A DNA stretch of 63,468 nt, filler included, from Choristocarpus tenellus KU-1152 (Eukaryota > Protista > Phaeophyceae): NCBI GenBank assembly GCA_964200185.2. It is 7 parts of 7 records of this genome, joined end to end, with 100 filler letters (N's around TTAATTAATTAA, not from the genome) between each part and the next. Parts side by side here need not be neighbours in the genome. Positions count along the whole stretch, not along the records: positions 23,433 to 38,117 come from CAXNAD020001138.1; positions 38,218 to 52,132 come from CAXNAD020001324.1; 5 more parts are not named here. One strand, 5' to 3'. Position numbers and translations under genes: made by a program. A model generated the notes under the pieces. It ran no database searches and had not been told where the DNA came from. It was given only the letters and a program-made list of their open reading frames with translations. Positions 26,864 to 41,093 of this stretch are shown in pieces. Position 1 is the stretch's first letter; each line of letters starts with the position of its first letter.

Positions 26864-29800
26864 TCAATCGTTGCAATGCTGAGACCAAGGATAGGTTTGA
26901 GGAAATGATTGGCGCCCTTCACTCCCTGTGTAGATACAGTGGCAAATAGTTTGGAGTACAACGATGATGCTATGTAGAATATACTTGTGTCGAGACTGAG
27001 AGAGAGAGAGAGAGAGAGAGTACAGGAAGTAATTTTCTATTGAAAATATTATCACCTGTTCTTGGTCGCTTGTTCCTTTGTTGTCGACAGGATTGTGTAG
27101 ATATCCCCTGAGGACGACAATGAGCCGATCTATTTGGCCTTGGCAATCGGGCTATTCCTTGCTTGAGGAGTTGGGCTGGTGTATTTCCATGGCAGTCATG
27201 TGAAGTAGAGCTTGCTCCATAATATTTCAGCGCTGAGATGGCCTCAAAGTTCTTGGCAAGGCATGCAACATGCAAGGCTTGCGCATTTCGGAGAAGGGGC
27301 AATATGCATATGTGAACATCACCACCGTGAAGTCGTTCTCAGGCTTTTAGAGTCTATTGTAGGCTATATTCAAGCATTCCTCAGCCAATTTAAAGTTGTC
27401 AGAACCTGAAGGATTGGTGGTGCATCCTTGCAGAAGAGAACACAGTCAACCAAATATTTAAGAACAAATTTTGATTAGACTTAATCTTAGAATAGTTAAA
27501 TGATGTACCTTCCACATGTGGAACACAAATTCCAAGATCAGGTTCTAGTACGAGAACAATCTTCCAGGAACATCGCCTTGCATCATGTGGTAGCGTCCGT
27601 AGTTGCAGGATTCAACTAGGCAATACTCAATTGATACTTGTTAGTCTGAAGCTGATGATCTATAGTGACCTCTCCCTTGGAGCACAACCTTCCAACAATC
27701 ACAGAAGTTTTTATCTACATTGAACTTAGAAATTGAACTTGATGCAGTGTTACAGGCATGAAAGCAATGCAGCATGTCTCAAAATAGATAACAGGTGTAT
27801 TGCACTTGTTGCATTAGAGTCAAAGCAAGCGAGAGGTATCCAGGTTTTTGCTGTTTTACATTTTAAACCAGTTTTTCAATCTTATGCAATTCACCCATAT
27901 TTCTACGGATAAAGTGCTAAGTTTGACTTGAGACCATTGATTCTTGTATTGCTTGAGACTTTTTGACTGAATTTAGAAAAGATCCTACATAATGATTTGT
28001 AAAAAATGACAAATTTTGGACATACTTGCCACTATAATTAAAATGCAACTCTGGGTACATCTAGCTTACTTGGACTCATTAGTCAATCAATATGACGCAA
28101 GATAATGGTTCAGATTTGATATATTCAGATTAAATATTAGTTGGATCGAATTATAAGAAAAGAATGGGATAAGTTTGGAGTAAGAAGGCAGTAAGAAACA
28201 AAGTCACTGGAACAAACACGAAAAAATTTAAAGAATTTTGCTCGCGATGAAGATAAATTTCAATACATATTCCAGAGGGTTTGCATGAATAAATTCAATG
28301 TAACAGGAACTCCATATGAACTACCTCATTTTAGTACTAGAACAAATTGAAAAATTGCAAAAAAAAACATCCCCTGGGCTTGACGAATCTACTTTGCAAT
28401 TCCTGTTCACAATAATGATTTCATTGAGTTGTAAACCACGACAGTATATCAGCTTCACTTCAAAATTTGAGAATAGCCGAAATCGTAACAGATAATATTC
28501 AGTTATTCAGTGTAATTTACATGCAAGGAGATACGTCTCTTCTATGCATTTACATTCTCTTCTTCAGTGACAACTCAAGGATGCTGCGACCAAAAAACCC
28601 ATTCTAAGTAGTACATTCTCTAACAAAAACTAGAAAATTAATACAGGAGGTATAATAATGAAGAATCCATTTGCACTCTTCACAGTCAAACCCCTCACCT
28701 CTATATCATTAAGCTTTCCTTAAAACCAAGGTATGAATGAGCAATGATCCATCTCAGATACTACAGGAGAACATTTCTCCGATGATGAAGATTGAATATT
28801 GAAAAGGATGGAAGTTGAAGTTTCGGGTTTTAGAAAAATCCAGTTCATCTGGGGGACTTTTTGCCTCAGAACCTGACACGGCACTCAACGAACAGCGCAC
28901 ATTTTGAGTACACCGCCTTGTGCTCCAAACGTTTAATCGAGTCGGTCGAAAAAATTCGACAAGACAACATAATTTTCACTGAAATTTTTCTCATTTCACA
29001 ACTCTACAATTTCGGCTTCATGTTCCAATAATTGGGTTTATGGTAATAATGTGGGTACTCCTATCTTGCATTCCTAGTCAGACCAGGAGGTTGTAATATT
29101 TGAGGGCATCAGATAGTAGTGGTGTCATCCTGCACGCATTCTTTGACCTCTATTCACCAGTTGTGCATACATTCCTTGTGCAAACATCGATTTGCAATAT
29201 TAACACATTCTGTCATCTCTATATGCCCAGTACTTTTTAAAACAAGATTTTGAGCACTATCACAGATGCGCAACAAAAAGTGCCTTTGTACTCGCTACTG
29301 CCTCAGCTACATTGTAACAAACTCCCACACCTCGTCCCTATTCAATGTACATGGAGTACAACAATATCTCCACCACGCGAAACCTGACTCAGCACTCTTT
29401 TGGTACTACGATGCATGAAGCCACTTAAATGTGATTCCCATATGTACTTCTTCCTCCTCCTCACCAGTTCGTCCTCGATGATCGGGCTCCTCCATGACAG
29501 CTCCTCCAGCTAGCAGTGTACGAATGAGAGCTTCAGCTTGTCGTTCACTTCGCGCCGCGTAGTGAAGGGGGGTCCAGCCGTCCAAGTCCTGGGCACAACT
29601 GTTCGCCCCAGCTGCCAAGAGGAGAAGTACGGTGTCCACGGACCCCTCGAAAGCAGCCCAGTGAAGCAGGGACACCCGCCTTTCATTAAGGGCGATAAGA
29701 CATGGTTACTTGAGCTACTAAATTGGAGTCACTGGCGACGCTTCAAGGGCATCGTTCCATGTGGGTGCCATTGCTGTCTCACCCGAATCCACCGAGCCAG

Positions 29801-30110
29801 CTGCTACAAGTCCGTGGCACAAGCAATCAACTCGTGAGACAGAAAAATCCCGCCAACTTAGAATTCGGGAATGTGGGAAAATGTTTAATAGGTATGAGTT
29901 GAGCCCATGTAACCTCTTCTAGATGGCTATCCAAAAGCAAGGCCTTCTGTGAAACAGGACCTACCAAGGTCCCCGTTCGTTGACAATATCGTAGCTGCCA
30001 TTGCCTATGTCAGACTCCAAGAACCGTCGTAGCCGTCGTGAGTCTCCTGTCCCAACTGCTCTGCGAGCTGTTGCACTTGACTCGAACGAATCGAAAATAA
30101 GGCTGGACAT
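26864..30110 (-). CDS. Ankyrin-repeat protein, at least 3-4 exons
   Basis: Exons 30110-29965, 29679-29465, 27277-27056 are phase compatible and give SLLHWAAFEG..LLLAAGAN, DGWTPLHYAA, RGRTALHVAC, HGNTPAQL. A possible last exon ends at 26864; the 3' end is uncertain. Confidence 0.82.
27817..28077 (+). mobile_element. MITE family C (in ankyrin gene intron)
   Basis: GAGTCAAAGCAAGCGAGAGGTATCCAG ... CTGGGTACATCTAGCTTACTTGGACTC; TSD ATTA. Confidence 0.88.
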
Positions 30111-30836
30111 TGCACTTCATGTGAAATACTGTGAACCCATAGTGACAGAAGTCTTCTCCTTTTTGAGCCTCCTGAAACCGTCGTTGTTCGTACCTCCACA
30201 TTTCATAACATTGTAAACGTTATTTTCCTCACAACAGGTTCCTACTCCCCACCTTAAAAAAATTACTGCTGCTAAAGTCGTCGAACTGTTCCATGTAAGT
30301 AATTATAGTAGAAAGCAGATTTTACATATATGTGATATTCCAAAACTTTGCGAGGTAGGAACGCAGGTCTCAAGGATTTGTGATCACGTTTGTGATGAGA
30401 CAAAGGCAACGAAAAGATAAAAAAGGAGAAGTATGCTACAAGTACAGTTGAAGGAGATGTATTCACTTCCACCCAAACCTATCGTTTCAATCCTCGAGTT
30501 ATAGATTACCTTAGTTGGACGACAACAAATTATGTGGGCCGAACATACCATTAGTGTGGAGGAGGCAATATAAGCCTTATTATGGAGTGGTAAGGTTTGG
30601 GGAACTGGAAGCTGAATGATGGGCGACAATGCGATTTGAAATCAGAATAGTACATTCAATCATGCGCAGTCCCTGCGTTGCATCTGGTTCCAGTATTTAT
30701 ACAAATGACCTTGTGAGGCACGTCTTTCCATGTGGACGCTTTTTGCTGTACAGGAGAATCTGTGTGAAACATTGCAGCAAAAGCAAATCGGTTGTGGAGA
30801 TTTGTGGTGGATAGAGACAAGTACTTCAAGGAAACT

Positions 30837-31020
30837 GGCTCAAAGTATCTGGGGGGGGTGAGGTGAGGTCTTCACCAGGGTGTCCATTTGGGCCCTGACC
30901 AGAAAAAGTGCACTTACAATATCCATCCAACGCATGCAACCAAAATCACCCCAAAATCGCGTCATATTAGAAATGGACCTTGAATGGACAGCCACCACCC
31001 GCCCCCGGATACTTTGAGTG
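30837..31020 (+). mobile_element. MITE family A
   Basis: GGCTCAAAGTATCTGG ... GATACTTTGAGTG; TSD AACT. Confidence 0.88.
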
Positions 31021-31136
31021 AACTTGGCATGCTAATGAAGCTAGCAAGACTGCAGCCTGCCACGATAAAGCAGCTAGGAAATCAGCCGAGGTCACCAATC
31101 GTGTGTTGAAGCATGAAATACTCCCTATGTCATTCC

Positions 31137-31450
31137 TAGATACAGTTCAGTACCATCAACTAAGCTCAACCGTTGGTCTGTCCACTAGCAATGGTTCCTT
31201 TGTGTACAATCATTGCATTTAACTGGTCTACATGGTATATTATCAAAAATTACCGTTGCACTCTGCATGGTTTTATTGTTAAACATAGGCTGCTTCCAGT
31301 ACGATTATAGATACTGTTCAGTACCATCAACTAGTATCGACCATTGGCCTGTTCACTAGTAGTGATTCTCTAGTTAGCAAGTATCCACAGGGGATGCACA
31401 CTGGCCTCTGCAGTATATGATCATGACTTGCCGTTGCACTTTGCATCATT
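31137..31450. repeat. Diverged ~170-bp tandem duplication
   Basis: TAGATAC(A/T)GTTCAGTACCATCAACTA ... CCGTTGCACT.TGCAT occurs twice. Confidence 0.75.
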
Positions 31451-31571
31451 TATAGCAAGTCTTACATATTTGGTAGACATTCTTCCACACATGGACTCAG
31501 TCACTACTTAACATACATGATTTGACTAAGATGTAGACTTGAGTCTACCTCCCATATTTCTCATAGATCAT

Positions 31572-31830
31572 GCACCAAAGTATCTTAGAGGGTAGGGCCA
31601 CGTCCATTTGGGAGCCAAAATCTAATGTTACGATTTTGATGTAATTTTGTCTGTCATATTTTAGGAAGTGCCAATATCCTTGTTCCGGACACACCTTTTC
31701 ATAACGTATACATTTTACCTACTCCGAAACATTTTGGAGTAGGAAAATGGAACAAAAAACCCCATATGGGAAGCCAAGTCCCAAATGGACAAACAGGGCA
31801 AAACTCGTACCCTCTAAGATACTTTCACTC
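31572..31830 (-). mobile_element. MITE family B
   Basis: CCAAAGTATCTTAGAGGGTA ... TACCCTCTAAGATACTTTCACTC; TSD imperfect (CAT/CAA). Confidence 0.9.
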
Positions 31831-34468
31831 CAAACTCTGTTACCTCGTTAAAAGCTGGTTTATCGTGAGTTGTTACCCCGTCTTCTGACTTCCAATTCAA
31901 TCTGCATAAGCGTACTCCGACACACATCTGGATGGGATATATACAGAGTTAATGCATCCACAAGCCTCCACTCAGCATGACACAAGATACATCATATTAG
32001 ATTCTATCAGTGCTTCAGTGCACTGGGTCACATCTTTGCTAAAAGACTTTGTACCTCTATACAAAGAACTTGACAGAACCACCCAGTCATGCAAATCAAG
32101 GTTTCAACATCATATTCACTACCGTCTGCTGATTATCCTCAAATTACAAATCCAACGTTAGAAATGCGTAGATTACAGATGAATGGAATGGTGTTTCAAT
32201 AGGAAGAAAACATAAAAAGAAAAAATGCACATACAATTTTGCTCTACTTCCATATTGATCTTGGTAAAAGGTGTGAAATTGTGGTGTTGGGCGATGATGC
32301 TGGTTTTGATATTTTGTTATCCTTTCCTAGAGCGACTGAACCCACCTATTTTCTTCTTGCTTCCTTATTGCTATGAGAAAATTGGTATCATTTCCATTCC
32401 TTCTTTTTTTCTCTTTGTGTTCTTATTCGTCTTCGATTGTGTTATTTTAAGTGCCACCATTTGAATAATACCAAACAATTACCTTAGAACAAGCATGTAA
32501 AATAGGGGACAAATCAAACTAAGTTAAACAGTGCACTATTTATGACCGATTGATACTATACCTCAAGAATGTAAAAGGCAAGCAGAGTAGCCAACAACCA
32601 ATGCAGTCTATTTAGGGAGAGCAGCTCTACATCTAGCATAAGACCTAAAGAATGGTTAGAAAGGGACCATCCATGTCATGAAGTAGAAACACAAGCATAT
32701 ACAAGACTGGCAATAAGGCTGTTCGGTAGGCTCTGACCAACTAAGTCAATTCACCCAGTCAACTCAACATACCAATCAACGAAACGCTAGAAAGTTGGGA
32801 ATCACCTGGGGGGAGTGCACCAGAAAAAATGCACAAAAAAAACGCACTATACATGAGGGAATTTTTTAGGTGAGGTGTCGAAATATTTGGAGACTTCGCA
32901 CTTTACGCTGACCTGGAAAACAGCAAGTTGTCAGAGCAGCTACGCCTTTGCCACTTACAGTGTAAGTATGTCCACACATGCTTGTCGTCAGCTGAATATT
33001 TCCTCTTTTCAAAGTACCACTGATAACTTGAGACACTGACCAACAGTAAATCGAACGACACTCTATGCCACCTTTGATCACATCGCTGGGGTCTGAGACC
33101 CCTTAGAACGAAGCGAAATAACACTACTCGGCTTTTGAAATAGAAATAGTAGACTTGGCCTTGTTGTGTGTGGGTAACAATAGCACGTGTTCCTTGAAGT
33201 ACTTGGGGTTCGAATCAGGATGAGTGAAGCTCTCCTGGGAAGGAAAATGCTCGTTTTGTTGGTTGCCATGCATCCCATCCATGTGTGAGGCATTTTGAAC
33301 TTGATCTCAGCAAAAGTTTGCCTTGTGGAAGGTTGACACACCTCTCAAATGGATCCATGTGGCGGTTGCCACAACTTTGTTGTGAAGCAGTGATTCTCTG
33401 TGAAGCAAGTACTATTGACTGTTCTGAGTGCTTAAATGTGATCAACAGGACCTAAGAGACGCCTCATGCGAAGTATATTATAACATGTATCTCCAAATCA
33501 TGAAGTTGGTTTATATGCTCATTTTTTTTCTTTTTTTCCTCTTCAGAGTGATCCCATTCAATCATTCAACAATTCCGATCTACATAATGTAATAGTGTAG
33601 CATCCGTGACAAGACCAACAGCGCAATATGATTGCCATGAGAATAGATTCAATGGAGGGATGGTGAGCATCCGGTGAGACGGCTGTTCCTGGTATTTGTT
33701 GGAGTGTAGTGGATTAGTAGCCTAGTGAGTGGAAGAAACTAAGAGTATGTATGAAATTGGCGTTAATGTTTTCAAAGCACTTGTTAATATTTGATGCCCG
33801 GTGACATTTTTTTAATAGGTGTTGCTAGGGGAAAAAAGAACGTACCAGAGAACACAAAAAAGACGATAACAGAGTGTGCCTGAGTTGCATACCACAGAGG
33901 CCGCCATATGATATACACAGCAGTTGTTACGCTATTGCAATGGCAAATAGGATGTTTTTATATCTCAAAGACCACTTTTAGTTATGGTTGAGAGCGCCAT
34001 GTGTGTGGTATATTTTGAGATTAAACTAAAAAGATAATCACATCCTAGGACCATGCCATATAATAGTAACATTTCTGAGGCAACAATCTCCTCACTAATG
34101 TTTGGCGAAATAGCTGAGCCAAAGTGACAAAAAACATTGATTGTTGCAGATATTTTCCAGTTCGCATCTAAACAATACCTATTACGCTAGAAACATATTT
34201 CATATATTACCCGAAATATATATACAAAAAACCCCCAATGTACTCCTACCCTATTTGGCATACATTGATGGGTTAGGTGTTATAGAAAGAGCTTAGACAA
34301 GAATTCCAGGAGTTGATAGGTCCCAGCTCTCCCTCTGCCCAAGTATGTTCATCTTAGATCAGAGTTGAGATTTACTTCAGCTACACGCAGCCAACATAAA
34401 CCCTTCGAAATACTCCAAGATAAAATAAATCGTACATAGCACTTAGAGTAAAGTTTTCTTTATATATA

Positions 34469-34899
34469 TAGTGGTACCAGTAGCTTCGCTCTCTGGGGTT
34501 GTCCCATCATAACTTTTGATGTAGACGTTGGATTAAAACAGCAAAAGCATATTCGTGATGCCCGTCACAAGGCACTCCAGAGTCCGTGCTTCGTCTTTTT
34601 TAGCGATTTTTCTTTTTTAAGAATGAGCGGTCATATTGGGGTTCGAACCCTGGATTGTAGGTCACCAAGAGTGGCAACAGATGAACTATTACTTGATTGA
34701 AGTATAGGGTTTAGGTGGGAAAAAGCCTCCCCACCCTTTCTTCCTGTGTGTTCGCGCACCCACTCTTTGACCTCGGCAAGGGTATCCTCGTCGACGCTCA
34801 GGACAAAACGCCTCTCATAGCGCTCTTGCTCCGACACATTGATGTGGCCCTTAGTTAGGAAGTCTCTTTCTCATTACTCACAGTTTCCAGGCTGACCAT
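34469..34899 (-). mobile_element. Tc1/mariner-like DNA transposon remnant, interrupted by Copia
   Basis: 34630-34899 closely matches 58023-58290. Encodes SEQERYERRFVLSVDEDTLAEVKEWVREHTGRKG. Candidate terminus TA|TAGTGG near 34469. Confidence 0.55.
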
Positions 34900-37851
34900 T
34901 GTCGAATAACCTAGTGTTATCCTTACGTTATCTGTGCTGATGCAAGTAAACAACATAGCTTATATGTACGTTGATCTTTAGTTTAGTACAATACAAGGTA
35001 GTAACGTACACAGTGGTATGTTATTATGCGCTCTGATATTTTGCAGTTGTGTCAGGAGGGAAACCAATGAAAACTATATATATACATGTTGTTATTAGCC
35101 CTAAAGAAATAAAATATCCTAAACATAAGAACACTATAAAACATTGCAGCGCCATAACAAGGTCGAGCGCTCAAGAACTATGATTTCACAAGCCGCTCAT
35201 TCGCACTATTTCTCACTCAAACGAGAAATAGGAGACCGCGGAGAACCTGAGAGCGCTCTAGCCGCAGGGAACACAAGATGGGCTAGCCTAGGTGGCAGCA
35301 AAAGTACGACTGATCACCGTACATACCCTGGGATGAAAGGATCTCATCCCAGAAGACAGGAAAAGCACGCAGATTCCTATGAATGAGCCAAAGTATCTGA
35401 GAGGGTAGAGTCGCGTCCATTTGGGAGCCAGAATCTGATGTTGCGATTTTGATGTAAGTTCGGCTATCGTGTTTGTTAGGAAGTGTCAATATCCTTGTTG
35501 CGGACACGCCTTTTCAAAATGTATACATTTTACCTACTCCAAAATATTTTGGTGTAGGAAAATGTCATAAAAAACCCGAGGGAAGCCAAGCCCCAAATGG
35601 ACAAACAGAGCAAAAGTCGTACCCTCTAAGATACTTTCACTCAATATAAAGGACTGTGTTACAGCTGCGGGAGTAAAGGACACCGGCAAGCTGAGTGCCC
35701 CTATAGGAGGGCAGGACCACCAAAGTTGGTGGGGAATACTTATTGCCAGAGGGCGACTGCGCAGGACGTGGTGGAAGAACTAGCTGGATCAGAGGAACCA
35801 GCTAGGCCAAGGAGAAAGTTCGAGACGGGATCAGGAGGACCGGCTAGAACAGGGAGAAAATTTCAGACCATGTTAGCCGCGATGACTAACAATGGCGAGG
35901 TGAGTTTGAATGCCCTCAAAACTTGGTGTTTCGATTCGGGTGCCTCTAACAGTGTAACAAATGACTCGACTAACATGTATAGATTCACCACATGTCCGCC
36001 AGGACACAAAATGACTGTGGCTGACGGCACATCACTGCCCATTGTAGGGTATGACAAAATTAATATAAATTTCAATGTTGGCCACGATGAGTGGGTGAAT
36101 GTTACGTTGTCGTCTGTTGCACTTGTCCCGAAGATAGCTTTCAATCTTCTCTCTGCACATTCTGCTGGTAAGGCTAAGGAAGTGACCGTCACATTGACTG
36201 ATAATGCATACCAGATAGAAGATGGGGGGGGGTTTCCACTCGTTTTTAAGTGGAATGGATCCATGTACACAGCTAACGCAGAAAGACTGCCACCTCCAGA
36301 AGATTTGAATCACACTCTATGACACTCCAGGATACATCCTCCCTCCACATCCAAGAAGATAGACTGGAGAAATCCAGGAGATGGGGGGTGAATGGTAATG
36401 ATAATGGAATCACCTGGATTGAAGGTGGAATAAGTGACGGCGATAAATCTGGTGACACCTGGGATAATGGTGAACTTATGGAGGTGATTGAGGACAGCAT
36501 TACGATGACAAAAAGGTGAAGGAGGATGAAGACAACAATGATGGTGATGATGATGGGTTGGATGAAACCAAGGACAGCCAATGTGAAATGGAACTACGAC
36601 GACTCAGCATTGGCAATGGTGAACGCAACATCCTATCCCACCACACCAGTTCAGGCAATACTTCCGCCAAAGCTGCTGTGTTTTTGACATGTCCAATATC
36701 AGAGAAGAGATTTTTGTACGTTTATATGTATCGTTGTGGTATATGGTCTCGAAAGATTGTACATTTGATCAAGGCACTTTATGGCACCAAACAGGCAAGC
36801 AGAGAGTTCAATAATCTGTTGGTGCACGTTTTGGAAAAGTATGGTTTTGAGCAATGTAGAGCAGACCCTTGTGTGTTACGCTATGTAAAAGATGTTGTTG
36901 TTTGTGCTGTGATTGCCCCCACGTAGATGATCTTTTGTTAGCTGGTGAAATGGATGTTTTGATTTGGGTTCGCTCTAGGATTAAAGAGAAGTTTTCCATA
37001 GAAGATTTTAGTGATATTGAGTAATATATGGTTTGTGGTATTTTACCTGACAGAAATGCATTGACTGTTACCATCAGTCAGACTAGGTACATTAAGAGTG
37101 TTTGTCAAAGATTTCGTATGGATGGGGCAAAGAAGAGGTCGGTACCCCATGATCTCTCAAGGGCTCTAGACAAGAGTGAGAATCATCCAAGTGTTGATGA
37201 AAATACAACGTACAGAGAGGCAGTTGGTAGTTTGATGTGGGCATCTGTTATGACTAGCCTTGACATTGCAAATGCAGTTCGTGAAGTTGCAAAGTACAGT
37301 AGCAATCCCAAAGTCACTCATTGGCGTGCAGTGAAACATATTTTAGCATATTTGAATACGTGTCCCAGTGTTGGGTTGAGTTTTGGTGGTTTAGTACTGA
37401 GTGTGAGTTGAGTGCATATGCTGATGCTAGTTATGCTGGAGACTGGAATGATCGTAGGTCATTGACTGGAGGAGCAATATCTTGGATTTCAAAGGTGCAA
37501 AGAGTTGTAGCTCTGTCTTCCACAGAGAGTGAATACATAGCACTTAGTAGTGTGGCAAAGGAATTACTTTTCTTGAGAAGTGTTTTTGAGTTTATTCAGT
37601 CGCAGTTTCCTAGGCGTTGCATTGATTTGTTTGAGGATAACGATGGTGCATGCAAACTAGTACGAAATGCCACAAGCTCCACTAGAACAAAGCACATTGA
37701 TGTCCGACATCATTTTCTGAGGGATTTATCTAGAAAAGGAGAGATCCGTGTTGTTTTTGTTGGTACTGCAAACCAGAGGGCAGATGTCTTGACCAAGAAT
37801 TTGCCAGTTCGAATTTTTAGACAACATGTTAAGTTTTTGATGAAAATGTGA
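34900..37851 (+). mobile_element. Decayed Ty1/Copia LTR retrotransposon (5' LTR, gag, protease, RT, RNase H; integrase core missing)
   Basis: TG start at 34900; PBS-like GTTATTAGCCC ~35091; zinc knuckle CYSCGSKGHRQAEC ~35656; protease WCFDSGAS; RT KALYGTKQASREF and HVDD; RNase H YADASYAGD and RTKHIDVRHHF. Stops and frameshifts present; no 3' LTR seen. Confidence 0.93.
35385..35642 (-). mobile_element. MITE family B inside Copia gag
   Basis: TSD AAT; removal restores the gag frame DSYEYKGLCYSC. Confidence 0.93.
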
Positions 37852-39290
37852 CACAACATTTGTGTTTGATTTGATTTGATTTGATTTGATTTTTTTTTAT
37901 TGTTTGAGAGTTAACACAGTACCTACCCCGATTTTGTGCACCCATGAGCATGCCCGAAAAAAGCGGCACAGAATTGATGTGGTACAATATCGTTTTTGTA
38001 GTAATTAGGGTTAGGGTTAGCTGGAAATCAATCGTCAAAGCAACTAATTAATCGTAGTGAGCTGGGAAATCAATCGTCGAAGCGACTAATTCATCGTGGT
38101 GAGCTGGGAAATCAATCNNNNNNNNNNNNNNNNNNNNNNNNNNNNNNNNNNNNNNNNNNNNTTAATTAATTAANNNNNNNNNNNNNNNNNNNNNNNNNNN
38201 NNNNNNNNNNNNNNNNNCTGTTCTTTGTCCTTCATTAAGCACCATCCAAAAGCCGCGGGTCCAGTGTGGGATAATTCAACAATACCCCCTGCTGACCCTG
38301 CAACAGCAGCAATATTTACTGCCAAGTTTGTGCCTCGTGAGGCAGACTTCCATGTCATACATGTGATTTACCATTCCACTATCCATGCGCTCCTCCATGA
38401 CAGTTCTGGACCACCCTAAGGGGCGTCCGGAACAAACGACCCCTGGCCGACCCCGACCAAGGAAAGAAGAAGAGGACGCGAGGAAAGGGGAAGAAGAACA
38501 GACCAGGGAACGGCAATCCAGGCCATGCGTCAGCCGCCCAGACCGAGGAAGAATGGGCATCTCAACCGCTGAACATCAAAAGGGCATACTTGAGGAGAAT
38601 GCACACCAAGGATGTCCACATCAAAAGGGCTGTCCTGGAGGTCGCCATGCAGGTCATAAACGATCTCAAGAGGAAAGACGAGCTTGGGATCGACCCCTAT
38701 GCCACTGACTCCTCAGCCAGGTCTTCAGAAGAGCCTGTTCCAAAGAAACAATACATCCTGAGTGAAGAGGTACTCAAGGGAGTGTCAGGTTCATCCTCTC
38801 GTTCTGTCACCGTATTTGAGTTCATAACAAGTCACCTCACAATAAACGTCCAGATGGCGCACATTGGTTTTACCCCATAAATTTGAAAGGTGAAAAGGGA
38901 TCTTGTGTTGCGGGAGCATGTTGAGCAGGGTACAGTCTACCTGGACATCGTCAAATACTCAGAGGGCGTTACCTTGAACACCAGTGGCGAACACGCAGGC
39001 AAGCAATTACATCATTGTAAAACACCGCCATACGTGAACATCACACATCGTTCCCTACACCAAACACACCGCCTCGACTCTCACAGATCTTACCGACGTT
39101 GGACAGTTTCACACTGTACACTGACGCAGGGTTCTCGAGTTTTACGGGTTCCAAAGATGCTCGTCGAACAGATTTAGTCATACTTTCGCTGTGTTGTGTC
39201 GATCGTTACAACCCAGTGCAGACCGGGAAACTATGTCGCGGTTCATGTCCTATAGTTCTAGACGTATCCTCTTAACGCTATTTTACAAGT

Positions 39291-39548
39291 GAGTGAAATT
39301 TTCGTAGAGGGTACGAGTTTTGCCCTGTTTGTCCATTTTGGGCTTGGCTGCCCACAGATTTTTGATGACATTTTATCTACTCTGAAATATTTCTGAGTAG
39401 GTAAAATGTGTATGTTATGAAAAGGAGTGTCCGGAACAAGGATGTTGACATCTCCTAACAAAAATGATAGACAAAATTGCATCAAATTAAAACGTTGGAT
39501 TTTGGCCCCCAAATAGACACGGCTCTACCCTCTAAGATACGTTGGCAC
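39291..39548 (+). mobile_element. MITE family B
   Basis: Full length; TSD AAGT/AAGC. Confidence 0.88.
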
Positions 39549-39963
39549 AAGCCCTACTTGTCTTCCTGATTTACGGGCTAAAAGAATCCACCCAAGTATG
39601 ACGAACCGCACGCACTCCTTTCCTTCCATCTTTTCCTCAGCCTTTGCCTTCTCCTCTGTATCCTCCTTCGCTTGCTCCTTTTCACCAACCTCTGCCTCAT
39701 CCGTTGCCTCCTAACCCTAACCCCCCTTCCCGTTGTTTTGCCTCCTACGCCACCTCGTCCTTTGACTACTCGTCCACCATTACGGAGATGTTAAGCTGTC
39801 CTTGACGATCTGTTGTCCCAAACAGCCAGTTATATCATTGTTTATTAGCTTGTATCACAGTTGAAAAGAGAGTGAGATACCATCACTAGGTGGGGCTCAC
39901 CAATCCTCACATTGAATGACTCAGAATACCAAATGACTCAACAGTTCTCTAGTACACGCCAGA

Positions 39964-40221
39964 GAGTGAAAGTATCTTAGAGGGTACGAGTTTTGCCCTG
40001 CTTGTCCATTTGGGGCTTGGCTTCCCATGGGTTTTTAATGACATTTTACATACTCCGAATGTTTTGGAGCAGGTAAAATGTGTACGTTTATGAAAAGGTG
40101 TGTCCGGAACAATGATATTGACACTTCCTTACAAACACGGCATTCAAAATCACATCAAAATTGCAACATCGGATTTTGGACCCAAATGGACGCGGCCCTA
40201 CCATCTAAGATATTTTGGCTC
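39964..40221 (+). mobile_element. MITE family B
   Basis: Full length; TSD AGA. Confidence 0.92.
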
Positions 40222-40253
40222 AGAAACACTCCGACTCTAACAGTCCGCCGATT

Positions 40254-40512
40254 GAGTGAACTTATCTAAGAGGGTACGAGTTTTTCCCTTTTTGTCCATT
40301 TGGGGCTTGGCTTCCCACAGGTTTTTGATGACATTTTACCTATTTCAAAACATTTCGGAGTAGATAAAATGTATACGTCATGAAAAGGCAGGTCCAGAAC
40401 AGGGATATTGACATCTCCTAACAAACATGATAGCCAAAATGACATCAAAATCGCAACATTTTATTTTGGCCCCCAAATGGACGAGGCTCTACCCTCTAAG
40501 ATACTTTGACTC
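40254..40512 (+). mobile_element. MITE family B
   Basis: Full length; TSD ATT. Confidence 0.92.
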
Positions 40513-40915
40513 ATTTCTTCTTGTCAAGTAACCCGCCTAAATATCCCAAATGTCCCGCATTATTGCCTGTGCGTACATAAAATAAAACTTCAAATCATAT
40601 TCTCACAAATGGTCAAGCATAATCTTGACAGGAGATAACACAAGTCACAAACATTGTGATCACGCCAGAGAAAAACGCCACGTCCGAGTACGACCTTGAC
40701 AAATTCAAGTCCAAAACGAGCGCCGCCCACGAGAGAGCAGTCGCCCTTCTCCAGATCCGATCAGGAGGCATCGTAATCGCATGCACCGCCCTTGGGGACA
40801 ACCACGATCCAGATCGTATCCAACTCCTCATCGGCGCACTCTCCACCTCCAAAATTTTGTGCTGGCGAAGACACCAATATCTGGTTGCGTATCCACGCCT
40901 ATACCTTGTGGAGGA

Positions 40916-41093
40916 GGCTCAGAGTATCTGGGAGGGGGTGGCGGCTGTTCATTTGGGGTCAATTTTTTCATATCACGATTTTTGGGTGATTTGGTTGCAT
41001 ACGTCTGATGGATAATGTAAATGAACTTTCCCGGTTTTGGTCCAAATGGACACCCTGGTGTAGAACCCCCCACCCCCCCAGATACTTTGGGTC
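40916..41093 (-). mobile_element. MITE family A
   Basis: Reverse copy; TSD AGGA. Confidence 0.9.

Noticed and set aside
35863-36581. Minus-strand ORFs
   Set aside because: Antisense shadows of Copia pol.
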